DNA of 64,000 nucleotides, taken from assembly GCA_951406725.2 (NCBI GenBank), contig OX597818.1:125550001-125614000 (forward strand). The letters are read 5' to 3'. The notes beneath the pieces are model-generated. The model searched no databases. It saw only the letters and a list, made by a program, of their open reading frames with translations, and was not told where the DNA came from. This DNA is from Octopus vulgaris (taxonomy: Eukaryota). Of the stretch, positions 1-13,081 are shown piece by piece. The translations under genes and the position numbers were made by a program. Numbering within the stretch: the first letter of the stretch is position 1; every line of letters starts with the position of its first letter.

Positions 1-63
1 TACATGCATACATACATACATACATACATACATACATACATACATACATACATACATACATAC

Positions 64-1400
64 AAAGGCAGCAGGGGTTTAATATCGGTCCATCCTGCCT
101 TTGAATGTCGTATCATATCCCTTCGACAACATTTTTTAACCACCGAATGTCGAAGTGCATCCTTAGACCAAGTTTGCATACATGAGGCTGATAACATCAT
201 AAGACTTGGAAGGCAGCTCCGTGAGCAGCATTCCTTGTCTGATAACCATAAATATATGCCCGAAGAAGTCGCATGACTCTACCACAACATATCATCTCAT
301 GAAAGGATGAGCGTATATGAACACAAGACCATGCATGGATATGCTAGTAGAAAGCTCCGAAATGATAGTAATTTTTTTTTCTACTTTAGGCACAAGGCCC
401 GAAATTTTTTTTTGGGTGGGTGGGGGCAGTCGATTGGATCGATCCCAGTAAGCAGCTGGTACTTAATTTCTCGACCCCGAAAGGATGAAAGGCAAAGTCG
501 ACCTCGGCGGAATTTGAACTCAGAACGTTAAGACAGACAAAATACAGCCAAGTATTTCGCCCGTCGTGCTAACGATTCTGCCAGCACGCCGCCTTGGGAT
601 GAAAGTAATATTGATAATCAAAGCGGTATATCATGAACCAACAACCGGATTATTATCATCCACTTTGAAGAATATACGTTTGCGATCCAGGAACAGGAAA
701 TATCAACCAAATACCTGATGCACAGAGGGGAAAACAGTAAAATGTGACGATCGATAAAACCGAAGATATCACCCACATCATAAGCAGTTGTCTGAATATG
801 TCATCACGGTATGATCTATCGATGCGACATGATATAGCTAGAATGTAAAAATTGAAATCGGTCGGGAAAATAACTCCGAGGACAAAGAAATAAGATCTCA
901 CAGTTTGGTAGAAGCCATAGCCACTCATAATAAAGAGTACTAGTGGGATGTTCCAGTGAAAATCTCAATAAAATATAAGGACAACAGACCTGATATAATG
1001 ATTTGGAAAAGAGAAGAGAAACTGTGTACAGTTGAGGAAATCAGTTGCACAGCAGTGGTCAACAGAAGGTTGAAGAAAAACAGAATGGCTATGCTGAACT
1101 ACTGAGAAATCTGCAGCTACTCTATCCAGACTGCAACTTCAGGTTTCTACCTGTAATTATTGGGGCACTGTGTTATGTAACACACTGCCCAAATACCAAT
1201 CTTGAGAAATTAGGCTTCTCAAAACCAGAAAGGAGAAAGCTGATTCGAAGCCTACAAATCCAAGCCATTACTGGAACTGTAAAAATCTGTAAAACTTTCT
1301 AGAAGTTTATCATTTAAATATATATGAGCACGTCTAGATATACAAGAATATGCATGAGAAGACATACATAAAACAAAGCATACAAATCTGTACGTATACA
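64..1400 (+). mobile_element. Degenerate 3' fragment of an RLE-type non-LTR retrotransposon (R4/Dong-like), flanked by (CATA)n and interrupted by a SINE
   Basis: Broken frames give EDITHIISSC (CCHC knuckle region), NRPDIMIW (PD..E nuclease) and PVIIGALCYVT...LQIQAITGTVKICKTF (ORF 1045-1302). (TACA)n lies on both sides. Confidence 0.8.
373..596 (-). mobile_element. tRNA-derived SINE, family A (Nin/Deu-like central domain), inserted in the LINE fragment
   Basis: Reverse complement of the GCCTTTCATCCTTTCGGGGTCGA..AAGTACCAG domain. A near-perfect 11-bp TSD flanks it: ATGATAGTAAT (362) / ATGAAAGTAAT (599). Confidence 0.85.
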
Positions 1401-1714
1401 TACATACAAAAATACATACATATATACATACATACATACATACATACATATACATACATACATGCATACATGCATACATACATGCATACATGCATACATA
1501 CATACATACATACATACATACATACATACATACATACATACATACACACATACACACATACATATATATGCACGTGCGTAAATACATAAATGCATGCGTG
1601 CATACATATACACACATACATAATGCATAGATACGTATATACGTACGTACATACATACATACATACATACATACATACATACATACATACATACATACAT
1701 ACACACATATATAG

Positions 1715-2290
1715 ATGATGGATGTCGACTCGTGACGGAGGAAGACCATCACTGACCATTGCGCTTGAGAAGCATCAGCAATATTATTGCATCCCCGATT
1801 GGCTTCTCTCGGGCTCGCACTCGCGGTGCCCTACTTCACGACCAGGCATCGGAAAATCGCCACGCCGGCGATCGCGCAGCCTACAATTTTAGATGCAACA
1901 AGGCTTGCTCAATACATCCCAGATTCTCTCCACCTTAGCGTCATGTTCCAGTGATAAGACAGGGCAACATATTCAGTGACATTATGGGTCGCAGACCAGG
2001 ATTGTGGGAACACCATTCTCTGCATAACGGGTCTTGTATCAGAATAACCTTTTCCTAGAGGAATGCTTTAACAAAAGCTGAGGGGTATGTCACTTCCAGT
2101 GGGCTTCCAATGAACTGGACACCAACCCAGAATTTCTGAATGTCCGTGTTTTTGCTAGATAGGTCGTTGAATCTACACAAGGTTCATCCGTCCTTGTGAT
2201 AGGTCTTGTTTTTAGTCCTGCTAGGTTTTGGGTTTCTAACAACCCTCCTCACCAGGCCAGCTTAGTGGGAGTGCCGGTTTAATTGCCGGC
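1715..2290 (-). mobile_element. Probable internally deleted RTE-type non-LTR element (5' UTR-like part plus 3' end)
   Basis: GC-richer block between microsatellites. The minus strand ends in ...GACATCCATCATC, resembling RTE/Bov-B 3' ends. No intact ORF. Confidence 0.4.
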
Positions 2291-2494
2291 GGACCCCCCC
2301 CCCATTCGATAGGTTATACTGGATTCCACATTATCAAAAGCGCACAAGAGAAACCGCACAAACGATATGAGCATACAGATGCATTCATGCAAACACACAT
2401 ATGAATATCTGTATCGATTTATGTACACCCATCCATCCATCCATCCTTCCATCCATCCATCCATCCATCCATCCATCCATCCATCCATCCATCC

Positions 2495-2615
<121 letters not shown>

Positions 2616-2670
2616 ATATACATGTACACACACGCACGCGTACAATAATACACATACACACACACACACA

Positions 2671-2741
<71 letters not shown>

Positions 2742-3227
2742 GCACGCACACATGCGCATAATTTAGCAAACAAATCTTCATAAAAGCCGACGGCGTATAA
2801 ATTGTGATATCGTGTCCTCTTTCGATTTTTGTGTCTTTAATGTTTGGTTAAGCGTAAACACATACACACACACGTTATAGATACAAAATAAAGCCAGAGA
2901 GAGAGATAGAAAGACAAGAAAAAGAAATACAGAAATAGAGAGGGAGAGAGAGGGGGAGAATAGAGAGAGAGGAGGAAATAGAGAGAGAGGATGTGACTGA
3001 GTGAGAGAAAAGTGATAGAAGAATATAGTGCACAAATAAGACATATAAATAGAAGAAGGCTTGAGGGAAAGAAAAAGTTATTCATTTATAAGAAAAGTGC
3101 AAATGTTTAAATACAGAACTGTTGTCGCTGCTTAGATCTTTTAATAAGCGAAACAAAATTTATTGCATTGTTTTACAATTAATTACATCACAACGGATTT
3201 GAGACCGAAATGTTGTAGTCGCAATAT

Positions 3228-3985
3228 TCAGTGAGATGTATTTCGCATGCCGGGCAAAATGCTTAGCGGCATTTCGTCTGTCTTTACGTTCTGAGTTCAA
3301 ATTCTGCCAGAGTCATCCTTTCGAGGTCGGTAAAATAAGTACCAGTTCAACACTGAGGTCGATTTTATTTAATCTACTTGCACTGTCTCCGGAAATTGCT
3401 GGCCTTGTGCGAAAATTTGAAATCAATGTCGTTAGCACGCCGGCCAAAATGTTTAGTGACATTTCGTTCGTCTTTACGTTCTGAGTTCAAATTCCAGCGA
3501 AGTCGACTTTGCCTTTCACCTTTTCGAGATCGATAAAATAAGTACCAACTGAACACTGGGGTCTATTTAATCGACTTGCATGGTCTCCCGAAATTGCTGG
3601 CCTAGTGCCAAAACATGAAAACAATTTATAGTGAGATGTTCTTAGGAAGCCGGTCAAAATGCTTTGTGACATTTCATCCGTCTCTACATCATGAGTTCAA
3701 ATTTCGCTGAGGTCGACTTTTTCTTTCATCCTCGCAGGGGTCAATAAAATTTGAAACCAATATATAGTGAGATGTTGTTGGCATGCCGGTCAAAATGTTT
3801 AATGACATTTCGTCCGTCTTTATGTTCTGAGTTCAAATTCCGCCAGAGTCGACTTTGCCTTTCATCATTTCAAGGTTGATAAAATAAGTACCAGTTGAAC
3901 ACTGGGGTAGATTTAATAGACTTGCACCGTCCCTCGAAATTGCTGGCCTTGTACCAAAATTTGAAACCAATATGTAATGAGATGA
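3228..3985 (+). repeat. Tandem array of four diverged family A SINE units
   Basis: Repeated GTTCTGAGTTCAAATT..GTCGACTTT..AAGTACCAG..AAATTGCTGGCC units, most preceded by GTGAGATGT. Confidence 0.8.
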
Positions 3986-4019
3986 TGTTTAAATCGATTA
4001 GTGTCAACAGTTTGTATGT

Positions 4020-4492
4020 TCCTTCTCTAGCCACGCCTGGCTCATAAGGGCCGATATCCCTACCTGAACGGGACGCCGGTCCATCGCAGGTGAGCTGCAA
4101 GATTCAGGAGGAAAGAGTCAGAGAAGGTTGTGACGAAAGAGTCAGCAGAAGTTCGCCATTACCTTCTGTCGGAGCCGCGTGGAGCTTAGGTGTTTCGCTC
4201 ATAAACACACACATCGCCCGGTCTGAGATTCGAACCCGCGATTCCCTCGACCGCGAGTCCGCTGCTCTAACCACTAGGCCATGTGCCTCCACGCACAAAT
4301 ACATACACACACATCGCCCGGTCTGAGATTCGAACCCGCGATCCCTCGACCGCAAGTCCGCTGCTCTAACCACTAGGCCATGTGCCTCCACGCACAAATA
4401 CATGCACACACATTGCCCGGTCTGAGATTCGAACCCGCGATCCCTCGACCGCGAGTCCGCTGCTCTAACCACTAGGCTATGTACCTCCACAG
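4020..4492 (-). mobile_element. tRNA-derived SINE, family C, with a triplicated ~89-bp head
   Basis: Three copies of GCCTAGTGGTTAGAGCAGCGGAC..GGGTTCGAATCTCAGACCGGGC (A and B boxes) precede one body. Confidence 0.8.
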
Positions 4493-4499
4493 TGTCTAC

Positions 4500-4610
4500 A
4501 GTAGGGATCCCCAATAACAGGGGCCGTGCACTAGTATCGGGCTGTGGATCATATGGTACCGGGCCGTACAAAAAATATAAGTTTCAAAATTTCATTTATA
4601 TTTTATTGAC
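4500..4610 (+). mobile_element. Possible hAT-type MITE end
   Basis: AGGGATCCCCAA..GGGCCGTGCAC..GGTACCGGGCCGTACA resembles hAT/Charlie left ends. No partner TIR seen. Confidence 0.3.
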
Positions 4611-4697
4611 TATCGCAGTCTGCAGAGTGATTTTGCGTTATATATGTATTATGTATATATGTATATATGTATATATGTATTATGTATATGTATTATC

Positions 4698-4912
4698 AAG
4701 GTAGCGAGCGGGCAGGGTCGTTAGCATTCCGAACAAAATGCTACGTGGTAATTTCGTCCGTCTTTATGTTCTGATTTCAAATTTCGTCAGGTAGACTTTT
4801 CTTTTTATCCTTTCGGGGTCGATAAGATAAGCACCAGTTGAGTACTGGGGTCGATGTAATCGATTAGTTACCCTCCTCGCAAAATTTTAGGCTTCGTGCC
4901 TACAATAGAATT
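4698..4912 (+). mobile_element. Family A SINE
   Basis: GCGAGCGGGCAGGGTCGTTAGCA..TCCTTTCGGGGTCGATAAGATAAGCACCAG..GTGCCTACAATAGAA. Confidence 0.8.
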
Positions 4913-4959
4913 GATTATATATCTTTTATGTATGTTATATGTATATATTATATATGTAC

Positions 4960-5172
4960 TCTTACTCTTTTCTACCCTTTTACTTGTTTCAGTCATTTGA
5001 CTATGGCCATGCTGGAGCATCACCTTTAGTCGAGCAAATCGACCCCACGACATATTCTTTGTAAGCCTAGTACTTATTCTATCGGTCTCTTTTGCCGAAC
5101 CGCGAAATGGCGGGGACGTAAACACACCAGCATCGGTTGTCAAGCGATATTGTGGGGATAAACACAGACACA

Positions 5173-5248
<76 letters not shown>

Positions 5249-5410
5249 CGACGGGCTTCTTTGAGTTTCCGTGTACCAAATCCACTCACAAGGCTTTGGT
5301 CGGCTCGAGCTATAGTAGAAGACACTTGCCCACGGTGCCACGCAGTGGGACTGAACCCGGAACCATGTGGTTCGTGAGCAAGCTTCTTACCACACAGCCA
5401 CTCCTACGCC
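4960..5410 (-). mobile_element. tRNA-derived CORE-like SINE, family B, with an internal (TA)/(TG) microsatellite
   Basis: Minus strand reads GGCGTAGGAGTGGCTGTGTGGTAAG..GGGTTCAGTCCCACTGCGTGGCACCGTGGGCAAGTGTCTTC, with a CORE-like TGGGCAAGT. Confidence 0.85.
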
Positions 5411-5775
5411 TAATTCCATATGCATTTTGTGCTTTATTATGCGCACAATCCAGTTTTTGTGTATGTTGTGGAAGTGGATCTTCGTTTTTATCATCACCTA
5501 CACGATGGTATGATTGTATTGTATTGTATTTTATGTATGTATGAATGTATGTATGTATGAATGTATGTATGTATGTATATATGTAAGTATGTATGTATGC
5601 ATGTATGTATGTATATATGTATGTATGTATGTATGCATGTATGCATGTATGTATGTATGTATGTATGCATGTATGCATGTATGTATGTATGTATGTATGT
5701 ATGTATGTATGCATGCATGCATGCATGTATGTATGTATGTATATATGTATGCATGTATTTATGTATGTATGCATG

Positions 5776-5809
<34 letters not shown>

Positions 5810-5934
5810 TGTATGTATGTATGTATGTTTGTATGTATGTATGCATTCATGCATGAATGTGTGTATGTGTGTATATATGTTTTTATGTATGTATGTTTGT
5901 GCGTGTTTATGTATTTATGTATTTTTGTGTATGT

Positions 5935-6215
5935 AAGTTCAAGCCGGTCGTTCACAAAGCGACACGAGTTAAGAGAGTTCCATGTGTATGTAAAGGTGTG
6001 ATTTTCAGTCGCTATGTTAATTGAACTGTCGATGCACACACGGAAGTATGTGCATTTATTCACATAGAAATTTCAGATGGAGAATTTTTAAAATGTCTTA
6101 CAAATCTTTGCTGTGCCACTAATAGATTAGATTTGGAGAATCCGTGTCAGTTTCTTATGCTCTCTCTTCGTCAAATCGAGAATTTCTAGGTTTTAGTGCC
6201 AACGTTTTGGTACAT
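5935..6215 (-). mobile_element. Old 3' fragment of the R4/Dong-like LINE inside (TATG)n
   Basis: Minus strand resembles the NLEKLGF..LQIQAITGTVKICKTF end seen at 1198-1302. Confidence 0.55.
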
Positions 6216-6585
6216 GTTTGTATGTATGTATGTATGTATGTATGTATGTATGTATGTATGTATGTATGTATGTATGTATGTATGTATGTATGTATGTGTG
6301 TATATATGTATGTATGCATTCATGCATGCATGTGTGTATGTGTGTATGTATGTTTGTATGTATGTAAGTTTGTGCGTGTTTATGTATTTTTGTGTATGTA
6401 TGTACATCTATGTATGCTAGTGAATGAATGTATGTTCATGTACATAAATATATTTGTATGTATCTCCGTGTCTGTGTGTATACATATGTATATGTATATA
6501 TGTATATATATATATACACACAGACACACATATATATGTACGCAGACACATACATACATAGAAACACACACATACACACACACAA

Positions 6586-6640
<55 letters not shown>

Positions 6641-8639
6641 TATACTAGCAATGCACTCCGGCAATACCCGGGTGTTATTACCTGCAGTCACATTGTATTA
6701 TTTGTTACTTTCTTATGGGCAGAATCAGCACACGTGGTGTATGAAACAAACGACTTTCTTTATAAACATGCTTTTTGATAATTTTCTGATGAAAAACGCT
6801 GCAGTTTCCGTCTGCTACATCCAGTAGCAAGTCTGTGCTTGGTCTAGAGCTATAGTACAAAGCACTCGCCCAAGATGTTATGCAGAGGGACTGAACGTGG
6901 AACCATGTGGTTGGGAAGCAAATTTCTCAATCACACAGTCATTCTTGCACCTAATATGTATGTGCGTTTGTGTCTGTTTACATTTGTTGTTAAATCGAGT
7001 ATTGTGTCCCACTATGTCATGTAGCAGTTCATCAAGCAGAGATCTATAGAATAAATGCCAGATTGAAATATGTACTGAGGTCAGTATAATCAATTAAATT
7101 TTTGAAGGTGATACCCCATAATGGTGACAGTCGAAAGACTAAACCCAGTAAAATAACGTTTAAAGATTTAATGGCTTCAAATTTAAGGTAATAGATAACT
7201 AACCACAAGATAAGGAGTTCAAAGCTTCACATTGAACTTCCACTCTATACGATAATACTATGTATACATCTCAGTGTACTTGACTTCCAACAATTAACAA
7301 TTGTAATTTGAAGTTGAATGGGTGGCAGTAAGAAAGATGTCCTGGTTTCTTAAAAAATTATTGTGCAAAATATTATGAGAAAAAAGTTTTTCTCCACAAC
7401 AAAACACACACACACGTACACGCAAGCGCATGGGCACATACACACATACACACGCACACACACACATACACACAGAAGTGTTCTGAGCCCCTACAAATAG
7501 CAGCCAAATCTCTCTTAAAACACACCCTTTCATCAAAAGAAAGACACAGATTGACGGTATTTCATGATGAAGAAAAACAAACAAACAAACAAAAACTATG
7601 CGATGGATCTGCAACATCAGAGGCAACTCTGAACTAAACAGAATAAACATACTTCACATTGAATGAATGATTACCTACTAAACAATACTAATAAAGTTGA
7701 CGGTATATCTTCGTAGTTTCATTCCTTGATAAAACTCGATGTATTTTAAGCATTTTCTCATTACGTTCTATCTTAGATATATTGTTCAGGCACAGTTGCC
7801 TTCCTTAGCTAAAGACTTAAAAATTGTGCGACCCGACTTCGTTTACGAGGTTATTATTGTAGTAAAAAAGAGTTGAGCAAATAAACATACTTCATTTGGT
7901 AGCTGAACAATTATTGAATCTTTTGATACCTCATCCGTCAAAATCGGCAACTCAGTTTTCGAATCCATAAGGAACATATGCGCACACATACACACAAACT
8001 CAGTTTTATATATTAAAATTATATTGTATTGAGATGGTTAAGATATTTAAGAAGTCTTACACAAGTAAATTTATAATCAAACGCAAAAAGAAAATACTGG
8101 CGTAATCTAAAATCATGACGCGATCGACAGATTCCTAGTCACAAAATGTCTCCCCACCACGCTGGATGCCATGCTCCAAAATACGCAATGTTGTGATGTA
8201 TCGTATAGGATATTGTGTGACAGTATTCACACTATACCCTATGATGTAATTAAGAGCAAATTTTCTTGGTTAAATTGTCGAAACAGAGAATCGAGAAAAT
8301 GTGATAGTTTCAAACTAGAATAACCCCTAATACAAATTCAGTTATATATCAAGTCATTTCATGGTTCATTTAATCGTCTTCACTTCAGTAATATGTATTT
8401 CATGTCATGCGTATCGTGGTTGAACTATATTTTATTCGATGTTCAGAACTATGCGATATACAGGTGCTTAGCGCGGAAATGACTGCAAAATATCGTTATC
8501 TGTCACACTCTTTCACGTTCGGGGCGATTTCGTTTCACTTACCTATGAGTGATGTATTTTCAAACACAATACGTCTTTAAAGAGTTTTCATCTAGATGAT
8601 GTACCGCAGCTTCACAACGTTTACATCCAGACACTTAGG

Positions 8640-9201
8640 TGATACAAGAAAGGGACAATAAAACATCCAGATAGACGATACAAAGAAAACAAGGATGGGT
8701 CATTCGTAGTTTTCTTTCCTCACTCGAGTTCCAGATTATCTTTGCAATTTCGGCTGGTTATACTCGAGATTGCTCTAATCTGACCAGCCCCGAGGAAAAA
8801 CTAAGGCATTATATTCCTTGGAAGAAAGCAGCGAATGTATACGAAAACAAGGACAAAAAAAAAAACGGAGAATGTTACAAAAATACAAATAACAGGACAT
8901 AAAAACAGGTGTCTTTCGACTAAGGACGAATTAAATTAAGCTGGCGTGTGTGGAAGTAAAGCCTTACGGCATTGATACAAGATTTCACAGGGACAGGGAG
9001 GAATATAAATGTTGCACGGACGGCGGCCGAACCAAGAATGAGAGGTCAGGCCTGGTCGAACACCGGTCACGTGAGGAGAAAAGAGAGAGATGTAGAAGCA
9101 GAAGGACAGAAGAAATAAGGAGGGGGCAAGAAAAGAATGTGAAGTGAAAAGAGGAGGGAAAGTGAGCATGAAGAGAATGCAAGGAAATGTGAGAGAGGGG
9201 G

Positions 9202-9203
<2 letters not shown>
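8640..9203 (-). mobile_element. Non-autonomous repeat next to (TA)n, carrying a permuted hammerhead-like motif
   Basis: Same layout as 17617-18344: an A-rich segment, a structured motif, then a purine-rich segment with GGTCACGTG. Followed by (TA)n. Confidence 0.55.
8708..8802 (-). ncRNA. Non-circularly permuted hammerhead-like motif (core C3 changed to G)
   Basis: GCAAU-C-UCGAGU / ACCAGCC-GAA-AUUGC / ACUCGA-GUGAGGA. Stem I is 6 bp; stem III is 5 bp, extended by CAGAUUA/UAAUCUG. Confidence 0.55.
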
Positions 9204-9251
<48 letters not shown>

Positions 9252-9521
9252 ACTGAAATCTACAGCTGTTGCTGCTTATAGTTACTTACGGAGTGAGAGA
9301 AATAGAAATTATTGAGAAATTAGAGGGAGGGTGACTATTCTTAAGAGGAGAGAACCGCTTCAGGGTACACTGTTTTGTTTTAATCGTAAGAGGTCTTTGT
9401 GTGTCTATGTGTGTGCTTGCGCGCGAGTATTTATATGTGTGTGTGTGTGTGTAAATATATACATACATACATATATATATGTATGTATGTAAGTATGTAT
9501 GTATGTATGTATGTATGTATG

Positions 9522-9584
<63 letters not shown>

Positions 9585-10099
9585 GTATGTATGTATATGT
9601 ATGTATAATAGATTGCCCTACAACATTGTTTGTACAGCTGTGTCTACACAACTTGTCGCCAAACGATTGTTGTTATTTAATTCCAGGTGAACACTGAATG
9701 CACAAACCTAGGATCAAAGGCATTCCAGCCATGACCATTCGCTTTTTTATATTCTTTTTCCAAGATGACGAATGAGTAGAGTTGTCAGTGCGAATGCTGA
9801 AATACTTTACAGCATTCCAGCTCTCTAACGGTCTGAGTTCAAACCCCCTGAGGTCAACATTAACTTCTATCTTTGAGGGTCAATGAAATGAAACGCGAGT
9901 TCAGAGTAGTTGACGGGTAGAATTGCTGGAGTCTGCAACGAAGTGCCTTGCCGTATTAGTTTCAAATGTTTGGCCCTTTGAATTCTTGGGTCGGTTTACT
10001 TTAATCCTTTACCCAAATTCACACCACAGTTTCGGTCCTTGGTAAGCCGTAGCAGAATCGTATTGTAATAGATATAAAATTTAAAAAAAATATATTCCC

Positions 10100-10212
10100 A
10101 GGCGTAGGAGTGGCTGTGTGGTAAGTGGCTTGCTTACGAACCACATGGTTCCGGGTTCAGTCCCACTGTGTGGAACCAAGGGCAAGTGTCTTCTACTATA
10201 GCCTCTAGGGCC
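10100..10212 (+). mobile_element. Family B SINE, 5' part
   Basis: GGCGTAGGAGTGGCTGTGTGGTAAG..GGGTTCAGTCCCAC..GGGCAAGTGTCTTCTACTATAGCC. Confidence 0.8.
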
Positions 10213-10411
10213 GAAACATTCTGTCGTTTAAACAGGCTGAATGTCCAGTCATCCGCGCCAAATCATGTATCCAAACATCTGCGCCCGAATTCCTCATTTC
10301 TACCGACGGTTGATGTATAGAATCCATTTTTTAATCATATAACAATGGGTTGAGGGATTGAAAGAGCGGAGTAGATTTCGTAAAAGCGATTTTTATTATT
10401 TTCCAGAGTAA

Positions 10412-10625
10412 AGGGAACGAACTGGCAGAATCGTTAGCACGCTGGGCAAAATGCTTAGCGACACTTCGTCTGTCTGCACGAGCTGAGTTCAAATTCTGCC
10501 CAGGTCGATTTTGCTTTCCATCCTTTCGGAGTTGATAAATTAAGCACCAGTGAAACACTGGGGTCGATGTAATCGACTAGTTCCCTCCCCTAAAATTTCA
10601 GGGTCTTGTGCCTTTAGTAGAAGGG
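10412..10625 (+). mobile_element. Family A SINE
   Basis: CTGGCAGAATCGTTAGCACGC..GAGTTCAAATTC..CACTGGGGTCGATGTAATCGAC. Confidence 0.85.
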
Positions 10626-11263
10626 ATTTCCTCAGAGTGTACATCACCCTTTATCGAGCTATTAAAAAATAAAAAAATCATTGTTGTGTAAATGCTGCAT
10701 AACTGCCGAATACTTAAAGTTTAGTTCTCACGCAAACTATTTTGCGTGGGCCCCACTTCAAAAATAGCTCGCAGTTGTTGTTAATCGCAGGCGCTCTTTT
10801 GATAACTTGATTATTTTGAAGGTTTTCTTCTCGATTACCAAATTTTGGGAACCAAATTTGAGCTGTATGACGGCCGACAGTCCGCCGGCCAAATGTTTGG
10901 TAAATATTACGAACGGTTACTACAGCTTAACATTCCATTTTGAACACATACGATGGTATAGTCGGAATTTGCGTTTTTTTTTTCCTGGTTTTAATTTGAC
11001 AGCCTAAAATAAACAAAACAAAACTAAAAATAAACAATGAAAGCAGAACCATTAACATAAATCAAGAGAAAAATATCTGCACGTATGTGTGTATGTGTGT
11101 GTGCATGTGTATATGCGTGTATATATATATACACACATATATATATACACACATATATACACACATGCATATATGCAGATACACAGATACAAAGAGAAAT
11201 ACATATGTACATACATACTCTCTCTCACACACACATACACACACACACAAACACACATATATA

Positions 11264-11302
<39 letters not shown>

Positions 11303-11337
11303 ATGTATATATGTTTGTGTGCATGCATATACAAATA

Positions 11338-11517
11338 CCGTATTTTAACGTGTATAAGGAACCCTCGTGTATAAGGAAACCCCTAATTCTGGGGGCATAA
11401 AATTTGGAAAAAAGGTTTTGCAAGGGATTATAATACTATCCATGTATAACAAACTCACTATTTTTTAAACCTAATTTTAGACAAAAAAACGGGTTCCTTA
11501 CACACGTTAAAATACGG
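11338..11517. mobile_element. Tc2/pogo-like MITE
   Basis: TIRs CCGTATTTTAACGTGTATAAGGAACCC / GGGTTCCTTACACACGTTAAAATACGG, with TA on both sides. Confidence 0.85.
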
Positions 11518-11614
11518 TACATACACATTTAAACACACACACACACACACATGTATAGCTATGTATACATGTATGCATGTGTGGTCAGTATATGCATATA
11601 TACGTACTCATATA

Positions 11615-12510
11615 CTGGGTGTTCGGGTTAAATTTGACAGTTGGGATACAAAGATAAGAAAGCATTATACCATCCCAAAATAGAAGTATTCTAAAGAACC
11701 AAAAAATATCAGTTTATTCAAAGAAGCTGTTCTTAGCTTCGGCCACGGCCTCAAGACGACTCTGGAACCTGTCTCATGCGTTCCTCACGGTGTCCCGGAG
11801 ATCTTCGTACACCTCCTTGATCTTTGCCACTAACTCGGCTTTGGTGTTGCAGGTAGAACTATTGGTGCCTTTCCCAACCGTGCCCCACACATAGCAACAT
11901 ATTGGATTACAATCGGGGGTGTGGGGTTGTAATGAAGGTAATTAGGCGGTGGGAATATTTTGGGGCTGGTGAAATCGTAGAAATTCTTTGACAACCACTT
12001 CTGACAGTTTCCGGAGGTATAGTAAGATGCCGAATCCTGCGACCACATATTTCGTCTTCCCGTAGGAACCCTCTTAAACCAAGGTTTTACAACAATGTCC
12101 AGCAGCTTCATATAGAACCATGAGTTGAGTCTAGGGCCTTGTTCAAAGACATATTGATAAATCCCAGTGTGCGGACGCAGTCAGAACTCCTGCTCGTGTT
12201 GCTTCCTACTAGCCACGGCTTCGTAGTTTCCGTTGCCACTGTCCATGTCATGCCATACACTCTTTATAGTGTTCATAGAATACTGGGCAGCAGCCATGAT
12301 ATCGGCATTTTGACAACCAGAGCGAATAATCATGATACGGATATGGTTTAGCAATATTCAAATGGCTTCCAGTCTTCCATGTCAGCTAACTTTTTCTCAA
12401 CTATAATTTTAAGATTTATGCTCTCCAACGCCGTTAACCGTTCATCAATACATCAAGCTGTTACTGAAAAAAAAAGAAAGAGACATAAGAAAAATCGTCC
12501 GGACCCTCTG
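11615..12510 (-). mobile_element. Degenerate Tc1/mariner transposon (maT/DD37D-like)
   Basis: Minus frames give VVKPWF..SQDSA..QKWLSKNFYDFTSP..PP and a C-terminal RFQSRLEAVAEAKNSFFE*. Diverged TIRs are flanked by TA. Confidence 0.75.
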
Positions 12511-12546
12511 TACATACATACATACATACATACATACATACATACA

Positions 12547-12578
<32 letters not shown>

Positions 12579-12680
12579 CATACATACATACATGTCAATA
12601 CAAATGTATGTATACATCTATCTATGTATCTATGTATCTATCTGTCTGCCTGCCTATCTATCTATCTATCTATCTATCTG

Positions 12681-12761
<81 letters not shown>

Positions 12762-12814
12762 GTGTATGTATGTATGTATGTATGTATGTATGTATGTATG
12801 TATGTATGTATGTA

Positions 12815-13081
12815 TGTCTTTTGCTGGCCTCAAATCTCATCTGCGAACGCATGGAAAACGAACCTCCACGAACTATTCTGCCTATATGTCTGTGCACAAC
12901 TTTGAACGCAGTGTATGCCAGAAGGTTGGCAAATCCAACGGAGGCCTCAAAAGACATTTTAATATTCACAAAGTGCAGAACTTATCAGCAGCTCTTGGTA
13001 GTCCAAATCGGAGATGCAATGTATGTGAGTGTCTTTTCAGAAGATTGTCTGGTTTAAAAAGCCACATCAGATGCCATGAGG
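12815..13081 (+). pseudogene. Fragment with degenerate C2H2 zinc-finger repeats, probably the C-terminus of an RTE-type LINE ORF
   Basis: SFAGLKSHLRTH, CQKVGKSNGGLKRHFNIH and CNVCECLFRRLSGLKSHIRCH. No TGEKP linkers; the upstream part of the ORF is microsatellite. Confidence 0.55.

Noticed and set aside
4210-4492. tRNA gene cluster or CRISPR-like array
   Set aside because: The units are SINE heads without a full acceptor stem. There are no unique spacers or cas genes, and the context is eukaryotic.
7820-8020. Possible non-autonomous Helitron-like fragment ending CACACAAACTCAGTTTTATATATT
   Set aside because: Resemblance is from memory only; termini and hairpin could not be defined.
9255-9365. 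ACAGCTGT palindrome and a CTGAAG-like word next to (TA)n
   Set aside because: Core positions and stem I do not fit; at best a very decayed remnant.
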